Assembly (NCBI GenBank): GCA_051362555.1 | Contig: CM120641.1 | Location: 11,842,001 to 11,906,000 of the forward strand | DNA length: 64,000 nucleotides | Source of the DNA: Lingula anatina | Taxonomy: Eukaryota > Animalia > Brachiopoda | Direction: 5' to 3' | Shown: positions 25,741 through 40,700 of the stretch, piece by piece | Position numbering within the stretch: the stretch's first letter is position 1 | Layout of the letters: every line of letters starts with the position of its first letter | Made by a program: the position numbers and the translations under genes | Notes under the pieces: generated by a model | Databases searched by the model: none | What the model was told of the DNA's origin: nothing | The model's input: the letters and a program-made list of their open reading frames with translations, nothing else

Positions 25741-28700
25741 CAAACAAAAAAAAAAACATAAAATAAAAATTTACATCTAGTTGTTTTTTAATCACTTTGG
25801 TGGCTTCTGTTAGAATGTTAGAACACCTAATAAATGACTAGCTCTACTTATTTTTGTTTTTTTTTTCTTTTTGTCAACAAAAATTCCAAAAAACAAAATG
25901 AAGTGGAGCTAGTCATTTATTAGGTGTTCTAACGGAGGCCACCCAAGTCTCATCTCTCACCTTCACTTCCCGCCTGGTCAGATGGGCCTTGGGCAGCAGA
26001 CACTTTCTCTGTGGGTGTGGACCTGTTGCTGCCCACACTAGACTGTCTGCCATAATACCTGTACATCTCAGGTCTGTTGGGTAAAAATTTAGGAGTGCTG
26101 GAAAAAAAGGGTGCCTATCAATATGATGTGGCAGTCAATAAAGAAAACTGAAATATATTTCTTGAACCTTGACTTGGGTTGCTTGATGAGAATACCACGG
26201 AATTGCAGGAGAAATAAATCAGAGAACAAGAAATGATAATCTCTCAGATGTGATTGTCACAAGACTCATCATGACTGAGAAATAGATATTACCAGATAAT
26301 AATCTGTGAAAATCAATGCAAAGTGTGACTCAAGTTGCTACTAAATACAGGGCATAAATGTGGAGGCGGCATGGTGACGGTCTTATTTAAATATCAAAAA
26401 GCTGTCACAGTAACTGTGAAAGCCAAAGGTTTTATCTGATGAACTAGTTACAGTATAAAAATGCATATTGCCTATACTTTAGTGTATAATTCACCTTAAA
26501 AACTTCACATTCATCTTCAATGTTGCAAAATTAAAATAAAGAAGACAGTATGACTTAACCACTAAGAGTACGAGACTCTTTGCTACTTTTGGTTTTGTTT
26601 TCACATAAGCGTGTGTGCTCTGCAGATGAATTCAAGAGATTAAGAGACCATTCCCACAGATATTTAGATCGAATCTCACTAGATAGCTGTTGGCTTAACT
26701 GCCTTAAATGTCTGTCCCGCCTACTAAAAGCTGTAAGGGGTAATTAACTTTTGTGCACGCTCGGCTCCCGGAAGCTGACAGCAATTTAGCGTGAACCCCC
26801 AGGGAGTTAGGTCAATCCAGATGGATCAATCTAAATCTGTGGAACCCAGTCTTAGTATGTATGTAAACTGACCTGGGCTTTTTGGACCTTCCAGACGATG
26901 TTGACCCGGAGCTGGCCTGGCTGACTGGTCTGGAGTCAGGGGACTCTGGCTTAGTGCCCAACCTGAAAAAATAATTGCAATGCATTTGTGAGTTTAAAAT
27001 TTTGAATAAGTGGTCAACAATTTCCATGAAGAGGATGACAAGTGAATAAGAAAAAAATGTTTATCTTTGTCTATCTTTTCAATTTTAAATTCTTTTTTAA
27101 AAATTTCCTCTCAACTGAATTATCATAACACATTCAGAAATTAAGAAGCATTGTTAATAATCATGTACTTATTTCAGACCAAAACCTTCATGTTTCGATC
27201 TAAATTCATAAAAACAACTACAGTATAACCACTCGCAGGCAAATAATTTTGATGAAGAACTACTCCACCTGATGGCAGGCAACTGCTTGGTTTTTATCCT
27301 AACAGGTGCCACCTCCCCAGGTCCAGCTATCTTGGTTAAAGACTCAGCAGCTTTGTTCCGGACTCCTGGTAGCCGAAGCACAGATTTCGATGTAACTTTG
27401 GAAGCTTCAGCTGTCAAAAAACGTGAGTAATATTAGGCACTCTAATTCAGAGAGATATAGTGGCTGTATTAATTTAATGTAGTCTATCAGAGGGAAAATA
27501 TATTTTCTTAACATCAAAACCTTAACTGCTGCATTGTGACAAACAATAAATGTATATTATCAAATTACTTCTATATTTGTCACATTCTTAGGTGAATAGT
27601 TTCTATGGTAACACTTTTCTGAGCTAAAACAACAAATAAATGCAAGTACAAATAATACATAAAAATAAACAAAAAATATATATATAAGTGTAACTACAAT
27701 AAAATATGAATTGGTATAACAATATTTCATAAATAATAATAATAAAAACATTAACAGTCTGATACACACTGAAAATAAAGAACGCAGGAAATATAACCCT
27801 AATACAATTTTTAAAAAATTAATTTTAATCGATGTAAATTTTAAAAAAATTAGTCTAATCAATAATTTTTTGTCATAGAGCCTACAAAACCTTGCACCTT
27901 TCATGAATGAAATTTTACGAAATTTTTCAAAATAGTGCAAGCAAATTTTAACATCATCTCTCCCATAATATTCATCTCACATGTGAGCCTAAGTCTGCCT
28001 CTTGACTGTCTTGAGTGTAGGCTACTGCATGACCGTCTATGTATGACCACTCTGAGGATATTGTCCACACCTCCAACAATACAGTGATCTAGACCCGGCA
28101 TTTGCCTTGGTATTACAAGCACAGGGTTTAATACTCTGCTTGAGTTTCAGACATCAGTTTTTATATAAATGTTTATGTATTTAAATCCAGAATGTAAATG
28201 CTATAAAACTGTTATATATTTATGTAGTATGAATTCCTTCCAGGCCAAGTCTCCAAATATTGGCTCATTGCCAAATGCATAATCTCTTCAAATTGCTTCT
28301 TTTTTTTCAATTGTAATACTGCAGCAATTATTCCTGAAGAACTACTCCAATTGTTAATTTTCTGATCTCTTCTCTGATAGCTGTGATCCTGAAGCACATA
28401 GCAATGAAGTCTCAGCTAGCTTGTAGGTCAGAATAAGGTGAAAAAATTCTTAATGAAGCAAGGAGACTTCACCAGCTAAAGTATTCTTTTCTAAAATTTA
28501 TATTCCTCTGTAACCTTGGAGCACTTCATGCATACCATCAGAACTGGTGCAGAGGAAGAAATTGTCACCCACCAAATACAGTAGCCACCAAATTAAACAA
28601 AAACATGAAAATATGTTTCTAACCTTGTCAACACACCACGGTAAAGAACCATTTCATGTCTATATTTACCTGTCATTAACATGTAAATATGAACCACATC

Positions 28701-31700
28701 TTCATAACACAACACGTAAATTTATATAAGCATTGGTTCATACTACATCATACCAAAAACTTCTTTTTTCTCCCTGGGGTCCAACCAATGTCAGACAAAG
28801 TGCCCTTTCTCAAACTATATTTACTTGAATAATATTACCTGCATGGGAAAGGCGTCAAGTAAACAAAACATTCTTGCAATATGTTATTGTTTACAGCATT
28901 TTGTTTTTCTTTGGGTTAATCTTTTCAAAAAATCAAATTCTAAATTGCCTTATTCATTGAATGGATAAGTCCAAAGTGCAAAGCTAATTTAGCATGATCT
29001 CACAACTTCTTCCTTTGACTGGAATTAAAAGGCCCTTCAGATGATTTTTAAAACTACAGTGGCACAGATTTGAAAGACAAATTCTGTGGCACATTTGATA
29101 CCATGCCTAGATAACTTCCAACTAGATAAATCGCAGAAAAAATGCTACAGTACATCATTTACAGAAAGCAATAAAACACCAAACTTAAAACAAACTGCAT
29201 AAAGCAGATCATCACCCAACAATTAAAATTTAAAACAAAATTAAAATAAAAAATAAATTAATGAAAATTATTATTAAAATTCAAATATACACAAAGCTTA
29301 TAAAAAAAGCTACATCAGCCAGAAGAACATACAAACACTTCTCAGGCTTGTGTCAGAGATGACACTGCTTTTCCCCTGGTCAATAACCCTACGACGCAAC
29401 CAATTCATGGCAGAAGAGTCCGTGCTAGGATCTAACCTAGCCTTTTTTTTCCTCAGCACAGGAACAATTCCCCGTGGTTCCTCTGGGGTAACAGGAGCAG
29501 TTGAAGCAAAAATTTCAAGTGCTTCGTGCTCATCTTTTGTGATCTCTTTTACTTGCATTTTGTTCTGAGGGACATCTGGTTTTATATAAATGATATAAGT
29601 AATGTGTTCCAAATGAATCTTAATCATTATATTAATTACAGAGAGAGGGCAGATTACAATAGTAATAAGATATAATAAGATATCAGATAGTAATAAGATA
29701 TGAAGCACAGCCATCCTCACTAGTTATGAAAAATGGTCAAGAGCATTGAATTTTTCACAAGCAATGCAATTTACAAATTAAATGCATATCAGTTCAGCAG
29801 TCAAATATCACATTAAAATAACACTAAACATACATAAAGTGACAGTGTCTCTGTGCCACAGAAAAACTATGACCCAGTGATGTATTCTTATTCATACAAA
29901 GGAAATCTTTAAAAACCAAATTTACATTTTAAATAAGGTTTAAAGTGTTTTCATATTAATATGGAGTACCTATAGTATCATGTATTCATATTATTTGCTT
30001 TATGCTCCTCAATCTTGAGTAGATCATTCTTGAAAAATTATTGAAAAGTGGTCCTACCTTTTGGTATAGACGCAACAGCTTGCTTTCTTTTCCTTTCTTG
30101 TTCTGTTGTCTTTTTCTTTTCCAAAAAAATCAATCAACAGATAAACAATTAAAAACTGCAACAGATTAATCCCATATCAACACATAACAGTGTCAACTAC
30201 TACAGTCTAGACACTGTAAATGTTTTTTATTGAATTTCTTTGTTTATTGGAAACAGAATACCCTGCATGGTAGAAAAAATAAAACAAACCTCACTGTATA
30301 AACAGTGAGGGCAACAACCAAGTTCAACTCTCTTTTAGTAAATATTGATCATAATATGATTTGACAAGTTAGTTTGACTTTTACATTAACAGAATCAAGA
30401 GGCACAAGGGCATTTTAATTAACATTTAACCAAAAGAATATAGATGTTTTCCATTTTCAATATATTTTAAGTAATACCCAATGATTATACAATAATAACA
30501 ATACCAAATGAACTTTGCCTTTGTATTATTAAAGCAACATTAAAGAGAGAGAGAGAGATCAAATTGTCTAAAATAAGATATATGGTCAAAAAGAAAAACG
30601 CAAATGCAAATTACATCATATTCAGCACCATCAGTCTTGTCTTGGTCAGTGGTGACATCTGTTGTCAGGTCAGTCTGGGCATTGTGTATCCAAGACTGAA
30701 TTCTCTTCATCACCTCCTCCTGTTCCAGCTCTGACCCCCCAACTTGCAGTCTGTTTGCCAACTCATAAAGTGCTTCATTCTGAAGTACACACAGGATGCA
30801 ACCATGTATAAATTATCTGCAACAGTATCAAGTATAATTTATGAAGATAAGACATTCAGAAATATCTTTCATTGGACAAAGCATAAGATACATCTTGATA
30901 GTTAGAAATAAATCTGAAACAATGTCTATTTGTCTTGGACCATTTAAAAAACAAACAGAAAATAAAATAGGGTTAATTTTTTTTATATGCTGCAAACGTC
31001 CCTAAAAATTTATACTGGTCATGAAGCTTGCATTCCATTAAAGAATACTCCTTTTATACTGTATACATGTACAGTATCATATCACCCCCCCCAAAAAAAA
31101 AAAAAAATAATAATAATAATAATAAATAAATAAATAAATAAATAAATAAAAATACAGATTGAGGTATAATAACTGGCACTCTAAATAAACTGGAACAAAT
31201 CAAACCATTATTATGCGCCAGATCTGCCTAATAAAAAAGATGCAAAAAACATAAAAGAAAAAGAAAAACATTCCGCCAAAAACACATTCAAGTCCTTCAT
31301 TTTAGGCACAGAATGAAGATAGCCATAAACTAAAAAGAATATCACTTCTAAAAACATGTTCCCTTTCATTACCTTGTACAATCTTTTGACAACTTTATAC
31401 AGCTCCTTTCATGTTAAAAGAGTAAAATTATGGTAAAAATACTTCACTGACAATCTGATATAAAGAGTATAATTATATACACAACCCATTTGTTTTCATT
31501 TCTGTACAAAAATATCAAGAACATCTTTAATCCCCAAAACCTTGGTAATAACCACAGGTCACATAAGTCTGCAAAAGGCATTTAATGGCTTTTTATTAAT
31601 CATTCTATTTTTACCTCAAGTTGCCTGGTGTCCAGCTTCTTAAGGGTCTCAATGTTATTGATTAGACTGAGCAAATCGGCTTTATTCTCCACGCCTTTAA

Positions 31701-34700
31701 TCTTCTTCAAGGCAGTCAAGCATTCATCTACAACTCCAGCCTGAAAGTCACAATGCGTTAGTTGAGATTTAGCTCAAGCAGGTAAAATGTGTTATGTGGG
31801 ATTGGTTTAAATGAAAAGCATAGTTTATATAGAGATTTAAAAGAGAAATATATATCTATTAATTTCAACATTTACTTTACTCAAATATGTGTATATTTGA
31901 TATTTAATGCCCTGCTTCTAATACTTTAGTATAACCCAGGGCACAAATGTCTGACAATTTCTTTTCAAGTGCTGTTTTAACTCTCTGACTAACACTACCC
32001 TTTGCTACACAAACATACACACGCACACACACACTCACATGCACACACACACACTCAGCGTACATCTCTATCCAGCAGTTTCTTCACCAGTCCAGTGATC
32101 ACTTTCTGTTGGTCCACTCCAAGCTCTCCCAGCACCCAAGCAGCATTTCTCTTTACAGCAGTCCTGGAAGACCCTTCCAACTGTTCCAGACATTTGTCTA
32201 CAGTGTCCACCAAGGAAACATATGGGATTCCCAGGGTCCTGAAGAAGTCATAATACCTTACAATAAATTCTTTCCTATACTTACTCTCACAGTATGCTTA
32301 AGATGATCTGTTTTCACAATAAAAGATAAAAAATTACCCTTACAAGGTGTAACAATTTTTAAGACATCCATGACATTTTACACAAGTTCCACAATAATCA
32401 CTGTGCTCAATTTACCTAATAAATATTCTATATATTGAAGAAAGAACATGACTCATACATGTTAATGGAATCACTTAATTAATCAAAGCACATAGCTGAT
32501 TATTTCTAGCTTTGTATATCTCACAGGCTAAATTTTCAGTTCACAGGCTCAATATAGTGCTATGTATTAATTTTTCATCACTTGGTCACTTACTTAAAAA
32601 TCTCTACAATATACTGTGAGAGTTCCCTTTGATGAGTGTCACTGAGGTTGTCTGTGATTGTGTTAAACGCGCGTATGACTTCCACCACAGTCAGAGAATA
32701 CCCCGTTGGAAACCAGGGCTCACGGCTTATCTTGACCAGTAACTCTGGCACCTCTTTCTTGGTTGCTTTGGTAGCTTGAGGAGCTGTCTGGTCAGGTATG
32801 GAAGGTTTGGTTTCCTAGAAAACATACAAATACAAAGATGAATATTGCACTAAACAAATGATACTGTGAAAACAAAAGGTACAAAAATAGAGCACATAGA
32901 TAATATATTGTCTCAATATATGTAGTGGCCAAGTTAATTTCACTCCCTTGTATATTTAGTCTGTATATTTATAATCAGGTGATGAAATGCTTATCAATAC
33001 TTATACTCTCATTAAACACCTATTCCTTGCAGACTACATGTACAACTATAAATGCCAATATTTATTACTTGGGCTATCATATAAGGAAAAATCAAAGAAA
33101 CCTATAATTCTCCTACTTACAATGGCTTCTTCTTTGGCCTCAGTGATATCACTTGGTTTGGGTAAACTTTTAAATTTTTCCTTTGCAGCAAAAACACCTT
33201 TTTTCCCTCTAAAAGAATTCCAATCAACCTTGTTTACTTCAAATTTGCCCAGCTTAACTGAAAACAATAATATAAAACACTGTACAGAGTAAAAGAAATC
33301 ACTAACTTAAAGTGGAAATATTACTTTTAGTGCTAGAAGTAACTGAAAATCTGACAAAACTTGAAGTTCACTCTTACAAAATGTTGAAAAAGCTCTGAAA
33401 TAGTCTTGTTCTTACTGTCCAGAAATTTTCTTGGTTCAGTTTTTGTCTCCTGATCCTGTGAAGCTGCACTGTCAGGAGCTGAAACCTCTTCATCAACTGT
33501 GGACACTTCTTCATCTGACTCTTCATCCCAAAAGAATGGTTTGTCTGATGAACTGTCCTCCTCTTCCTCCTGTACAATATATAAATATCTTATCATATAC
33601 GTAAGTCAGGAATATATTAGAGTCACACATGTATTATGTTTTACAGTCTACATATTTTAAAATCTTGTGCTTATTGTGTAGCAATGTTGGCCATGACAAT
33701 TTGATTGTTGACTGGCAATTTGACACACGCACATTGTGTAAGGAGTGACATGTTGACTGGCAATTTGACATACACACATTGCATTAGGTGAGACATGGCC
33801 CTACAATTTAACATATGTGCATTGTGTTCAATGCAACAAAGTTGGGTATTGCTGTTGCTAGATCTGATGCTGTACAAAATATGATAGAAAAGAACTGACA
33901 ATATTATAGAGTGGGGATTGTATAAGGTGTGAACATGGACTGTGTGTCATAATGTGCTGATTGCTTTAGCAGTCGCGTTTTACCTGCTTAGCTGCAAAAT
34001 GGCAGGTGTTGTTTTTTTAGCATATTATCTGTTTATTTATCATTTTTGTCCAAATGATTTTTTTTTTGGGGGGGGGGGTAGGGGGAGATCTTCACCTCAG
34101 ATGACACCAATCTACCAATTGTAAATATTCAATTCAATATACATAAGGGCAAATTGCCATATAACGAAGATCCAATATCACCCTCAAACCAATCAATAAA
34201 TTCTTGTTCTTCTATAAAACCTATTAAATTAATCCATCCATCATAATCTACATGACAACATTCCAGATTTTTAACCACTCAAGCATCACAATTTAAACAA
34301 ATTATATCAGTTGACCTATGTGCCACCTAGTAAAAAGGACCACTCAGTGCAAATAGAAATAAATGATAAAAACGAACAGTGGATATGATAGTGCTCTGTC
34401 AGGTCAAAACGACGAGAGAGTGCAGCACACAAAAAAAAAACAAGTGTTTGGTATCATCACAACCAAGGCTGAACTTGAGTGTGTACTTGTGTACAATAAA
34501 ATATTACATATTACATATTATATGTATTAGATTTTCTTGAAAAGAAAGATGAAACAAACTTCCATCTATTTCTACAGTTTACAAAGACCTTGTAAAGAGA
34601 GGCCTTTTTCTTCCTGTAACTAAATTGTGCAAAATTAAAACGTGACTAAGCATGTGGTTTCATCAGGATGTTAGCAATACAACCACTTCACTAAGTCACC

Positions 34701-37700
34701 TGACATCTGAGCTGGGCTAGGTCTATGCCTTCTGTGAATAAGCTGCCTACATTAAACTTGTTCACTTGCTTCCTAATTGATTTTCTAGCCTTTAAAGGTT
34801 TATGATCAAAGGCAATAAACATTGGGTAAATGTATTTTTTTCATAAGTTGACCATACTGTACCAATTAATTTTTTATATAAGCTGTATTCTAAATGTTAT
34901 TGAGACCATTTCAAATTAATTACCATTAGATTTTACTCCTATCTTAGGCATGCATATGTTACAAATAAATAATGTATATATAAGCATGGGTTTACAGAAT
35001 AATGAAAGGCTAAGGTTTCAAAAATTAAAATACTATTGATTTAAATCCCAAAATACCTACTCTGGACAGAAAATCTTCAGAATCTTTCCTGGTTCCCCAC
35101 AACCTTCTGAATCTTTTCTGTTGGAAGACAGGTAACTGAAAAACCCAACACACAACACAGATAGAACTAAGAAGAAAGAGAAAAAATATTTTTTGCAATG
35201 AAGTACACAATTCAATTCATCTATTTTTTAATACAAACAAAAAGTGATAAAATAAACAAACAGATAGATAAATATAAATAAATTAATTAATCACACTTGC
35301 TACCATCACTATTTATTCCAATGTCCTTAGTACCTTGTCTAGGGTCCACTTCTCTTTAGATGCTTGCTGCAGTTGCAGGAAATCTGGCTGTGTCCTAAAC
35401 CCTGGTATCAACCTACGCACCACAGAGTTGGGAATATACCCTGAAACAACAAGTGAAAAAAATAGAGCTGTAACTTTATATAAATACATATAAAATGTTT
35501 TTAATATATAAGATATTAAGTCTTGAGGATTTCCAAACAGTGTCAACTTTAGATAACTTTATTTTAGATTTGATTGCCAAACAAACAGAACAAGAGAAAG
35601 TATTTTGATCTTCCAACATTTATCAACTGCTTATTCTAGTGTAAGAGTTATGCTGGCATAATATTCATAAAGAAAAAATGGGTGGTTATTATTCCTGGTC
35701 AGCTTTAATAATGTCTATTTTTGGTGAACATTTCACATGTTACATATAGAGTGGCCAGAGCCAAAAACAATAACAAAACCAATGAAAAAGACTTACCATC
35801 TGGTGCTATGGGATATTTTCGCTTCTGCACTTTCTTTTCATCTTCCATTCCCTTTTCTTTTCCATCTTTGCTTTCTTTCACCATCTCCTTGTCAGTGTCG
35901 TCTGCTGCTTCCTCCCCCCACTCAGTAGATGGTGGTGGTACAGAGTGATCTATCACTGTGTCATATCCATACAACTGTCTGGGCAGCACTCGTGGTACAT
36001 GTACATGTGCTGAGCTCAGCTTGAATGGTGTGCTGCCACCTACCCCTAATTCCTCTGAAATGATGAATAAATATCTCTTAAAATCAAGTCTTTATAATGT
36101 ATATAAATTGCATTCAGTTTCCTTTGCAGGAAAAAATATAGCTTTTGTCAAGAACTGGATATCAAACATTTACCTGTATGTATTTCAGACTTTTCATATA
36201 ATTATCTGTGTTTGAGAAAATGATGTTTATAAAGCAAGCTGGATAAGCTAATTTTGTGAAATGCAATTTGCAAATTTCCAGAAAATCCAGAAAATATCTG
36301 ACACTGTGTAATGACAGGTTCAGAATATTTATCAGGAAACAACATGAACTGCTATAAGTTGAAGTTACAGGTAGCATACAGGTACTTCAGAAAATATCTA
36401 ATTTCAATGACTAGATTGAATTAACAGCCACTTTGATCTTCTGAGCTGCTCTTCCCATTTAATTGGTTTTAAATTAGGGGAACCAGTAAGTTTTAGCATA
36501 CCGTTTGTAACATTTCATTAACTAAGTCAGAAGTACATTCCTTTGATGGATTTGGCTGCCTTACATTCATTTCCACTTAACTCCTACAAATTACAATATA
36601 ATTGACAAAACAAGAGGCCTGAATATATTATATTTCTATGAGTTATTCACAATGTTTTTACGAAGAGTTATTATCCCTTTAACATATCTGAATGTCTAAG
36701 GTGAGATAATGACATATATGCTGCAGATTTATGGCAACTTGACCGCAGCACAAAAAAAAAAAAATGAGAAGAGAATGATTTATTAAAGCTGTTTTTTTAT
36801 CTTCTCCTATATATGAGTACTTGAGATAAGACAGTGTTCCAGGTTGATCCTTATTTTAATGCTATGAATCATCTCAGAAAATTTGAGGAAAATAATTTTT
36901 TTTTATTTATACATTAATTGCATTGAGAAGGTTCCAATGCTAAAAACATAGGTACTGAAAAAACTGAAACAACAGGATAATTTTGCAAATGCCATTCAAG
37001 CTTGTCTTGTATTTTAATGCTATGTGATGCTTTAGTAAGTTTGAGGGTAAGATGTCCCCAGGTTTTCTATTTATTGCATGAACAAGCCTTACATACAACA
37101 TGCTACAAATGACTAAAAATGGAACATTTTTTTTTTTTTTTTTTTTTGCAAAATTGGTCTGGAAATGTTCATGTTTGAACATGACCTTCTTTTAAGTGCT
37201 TTGAATGCTTCAGCGAGTTCCAGGAAAATAATTCTCACTTCGTTTTTCCCTGTGTCTGTATTTGAAACCAATTGTCATCATTTAATTTATTCAAAATTCT
37301 AAGACTTCTCAGTCAGCAATCACAAGCATCTTGAAAAATCATTTTCTACTGATAGGCACAGTTGGTTATTCTGGGTATGCTCCATATCCAAAGTATATCC
37401 AATAATTAAAACTAATTAACCACAAAGTTTTAGTAAATCTGCACAGAAAGCAAAACAAATGTTTCACTACAAAAACCTTGAGATAACAACAGGAAAAAGT
37501 CAGCACAACTTCAGTATAATAACACAGACCTCATGTTTACAACAGGATACACATACATACACAATATAATCATACATTATTTATGGGTAAAAAAAAACTT
37601 TTGGCCCTAAGAATGCTCAGTCATATCTTACTGAGATGACTGTATATAAATGACATGTATAGATTTCAATAGCTAATTGTAATGTCTAGACAGCCCATAA

Positions 37701-40700
37701 ACACAACACAAGATTGTGAGGCTGCATTAGAATTGAACCTTAATTGTAATATAAGACGGAAAAACAATTTCAAATTTTACTTCTTAAGTTTGTGTTCCTT
37801 ACACATGATGCCTGTCCATAAAAGTATTTTAAAACAAATGCAAAAATATTACACCAAATGAGCTTTCAAGAGGGACTATCTGCATGTACACAAATTCTAA
37901 AACAAAAATTAATAAGTTAAATATACCAATCCAAGACCATACTGGTGGCTAAACGCCAATTTTGCTGTCACAAATATAAAAGATATCTAAAATTCTAGCA
38001 GACATTTGCTACAACACAATATAATGCCATCTATACAAATCTCTTTTTTTCCCATTATTCTACTGCGCAATTTCTGTCACCATTAGTCTCTCGTATGCAT
38101 GGTTACCTGGCAGTGCAAGTTGAGTGGCCTCCCAGAGCACGCTGCTATCCCACTCTACGTCTACCTGTCTCCCTGGACTGTAACTAATGTCTCTTGTGAA
38201 ATGCGTCAATCCACTTGGTAACTTCTCCAAGTCAAAGCTGTAAAATACAATAAACATACATGACCAATCATTAAATACACAAAGGAGGGATATTTCTTTT
38301 GGAAAAGCAAACATCCTGAAATTGCCAAAGGTAGGAAAAACATGTTTCTTTGGAAGAAAAAAAATCTGTTGGAAAAAATCATGATGTCTGTATAAAATGG
38401 ACACTGTTAAATAAATTTAGAAAAAATTACCAATAAAAATGAATTGTAACAATAATAAATTAGCAGTTTCTTACCCCCCCTCCCCTTTTTAAATTGTGGT
38501 CTCCCTTCTTATGGACATAAAGAACACTTTGTGCATATATCTTCACACTGTCGTAAAGTGTTTGAACCTCTTGACACACAAGCGATAGATACATAGATAA
38601 AGAGATTACACGGTGACAGGCAAACAGCATTTTGGCTTTAAAAAGATAAGCCTTTAGGTAAAGGTTTATATATCTTATATACATTGATTTTTGTTTCCTT
38701 TTTCACCTTATTACTAATCAGAACTTGGGATTATGATCACCTAAATTCTTTTCTAAATAAACTAAGGAAAAAATTCAATTTTTGTTGGGTGCCCTCCAAA
38801 TTGTCACATTTGAATCATGATTACAGAATTAATCTGAAAAGAATTTTATATTTATCAAAATATCAAATAGGTTTTTTCATAATAATATACAAAAGGATTC
38901 AAATATTTAGACAGATTTCTATTACATTCAATTGAACTTTTAGTCAATAGATATAAGATCTAAACAAGTCCTAAGTTTAGACCACAAACTGATATTTGTA
39001 TCCTTTAAAGTAAAACAATTGCACCAGAATGGTACTATAGTAAGTACTTACTTCAGCTGTACTCTGGCATCAAAAGCAATGGGCTCTTCTATTACATCAT
39101 CCTGCAAAAGTACACATATGCATTATAAACTACACTATTAATTTGGTGTCACTTCTATGCTGACAAGATCTCTGCAATTATTCTAATAAAATGACATAAA
39201 TTAAAAAAATTAAGATGAATACAAATTAAGCAGCTTGATTCATCATGGGCTCCATGCTCATATCAACCAAAAGCTAAAAGGTGTTCTGTACTGAAGCTGA
39301 TAACCAGATATTTCGATATGAATCTATTCATCTTCTTCTTTCAGATTACTGCACAATGACTGTATGATAAAAATACATATATACCGGTGAAGAATGCACC
39401 AAGTTGACCTTCCTTTATTCTAAACATCTTTAACCATACCTATTGTTTATGCATGAAAAGGCTATAAAATTGTATAATGTCCTTGCAATAGTGCATGTAA
39501 TCGAAACATCATGCAGATTTTAATTACTAGCTGCATTAAACACAAGTAACCATACCTCATAGATATCTTGCAAAAACTAACCAAATAAAAAAGTTCTCAA
39601 TTTCTGCATATCATCCATGTTTTTACAGAGCATTCATGTTGTTTCCATGATCACAATATCACCACTGGGCAGAATCTGTAACACACTTTACACTGGGGAA
39701 TTCAATTACCCAACATGAACCCCCCACAATACTAATACTAAACCAGCATTTATTTCACCAATTGTTAGAGGAATTTCACAGCATACAGCAATGGTCAAAG
39801 AGCTCACCTGGATGTTACGCATGAAGAAAATTTATCAATTCTGTCCCAACAAAGGGCACCCAAATTAACCGTAGTTTTCATAAACAGTGCCCCAAACTTC
39901 ACTGGATATATTATTATTACTTTTAACACCTATTTAGTGGGTTGTAAATCATGCACAATATATGTAAACAAGAGTTATATATGAGGGATTTCTTCTAATA
40001 AAAAGCTACAGAGATATACAGACTGAGACAACCATGACAAATTTCTACAGAAAAATCAATGATACATTTCTAAAATTCTTCATGTAATCCTCAAAAATAA
40101 TCAAAATTGGATCCATTTGTTGACAATTATGAATAAATCATATCAATTCAACTTTTTCAGTTTATATAAAAATGTTATTTCAGCACACAAGATGGCCTAG
40201 CCCATATGTTATTCTGCTAATTGTTCTGGCTTATATGGCTGAAACAAAGTAACTGTTATGGAATAACAGCCAACAAAGACACTTCACAACATCTTACAGC
40301 ACAGGACACACCACAATTAACTGCTGACAAAAAGAAAAACTACAGTTCATATATACACAACTGATTAAAACCCCTTCTGCAAACAATCTGTTTAACTTAT
40401 ATTTAGTGACTGTTTATTCTCATAGCAGTCATGTGCTTTGAGTTATTTTGGACAATTTAATGCAGCTACTTATTCCAATATCTTCTTTTGCAGGATAAAA
40501 TGACTTAAGGCAATTAAAGGTAATTAATGTCAGTATGTAATTATTTCATTTAATGAAATAATTCAAACACGATAAATATCAATTAGAACTTTCTAAAAAA
40601 AAAAAATCAATAAACCACTTATAAATTTAATACCGATTACTAGGGAAAAAATCTACTCAGCAACTTTGGTGACCATCAGAGCAAGTATATTTACATGTAC

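Noticed and set aside
26410-26452. Hammerhead-ribozyme-like arrangement (GAAA-stem-UH...CTGATGA with a closing stem)
   Set aside because: Only 3 nt lie between the cleavage triplet and CUGAUGA, so stem I cannot form.
21684-27940. Poly-Leu, poly-Tyr, poly-Lys and very hydrophobic ORFs (21684-22052 tail, 25580-25795, 24327-24776, 27560-27940)
   Set aside because: Artefacts of (AAT)n, poly-A and AT-rich intron sequence.
27900-28600. Slightly coding-looking minus-strand stretch (ORFs 27901-28122 and 28212-28397)
   Set aside because: Frequent stops and no phase-compatible splice sites; the flanking WDR87-like exons join without it, and I recognise no homology.
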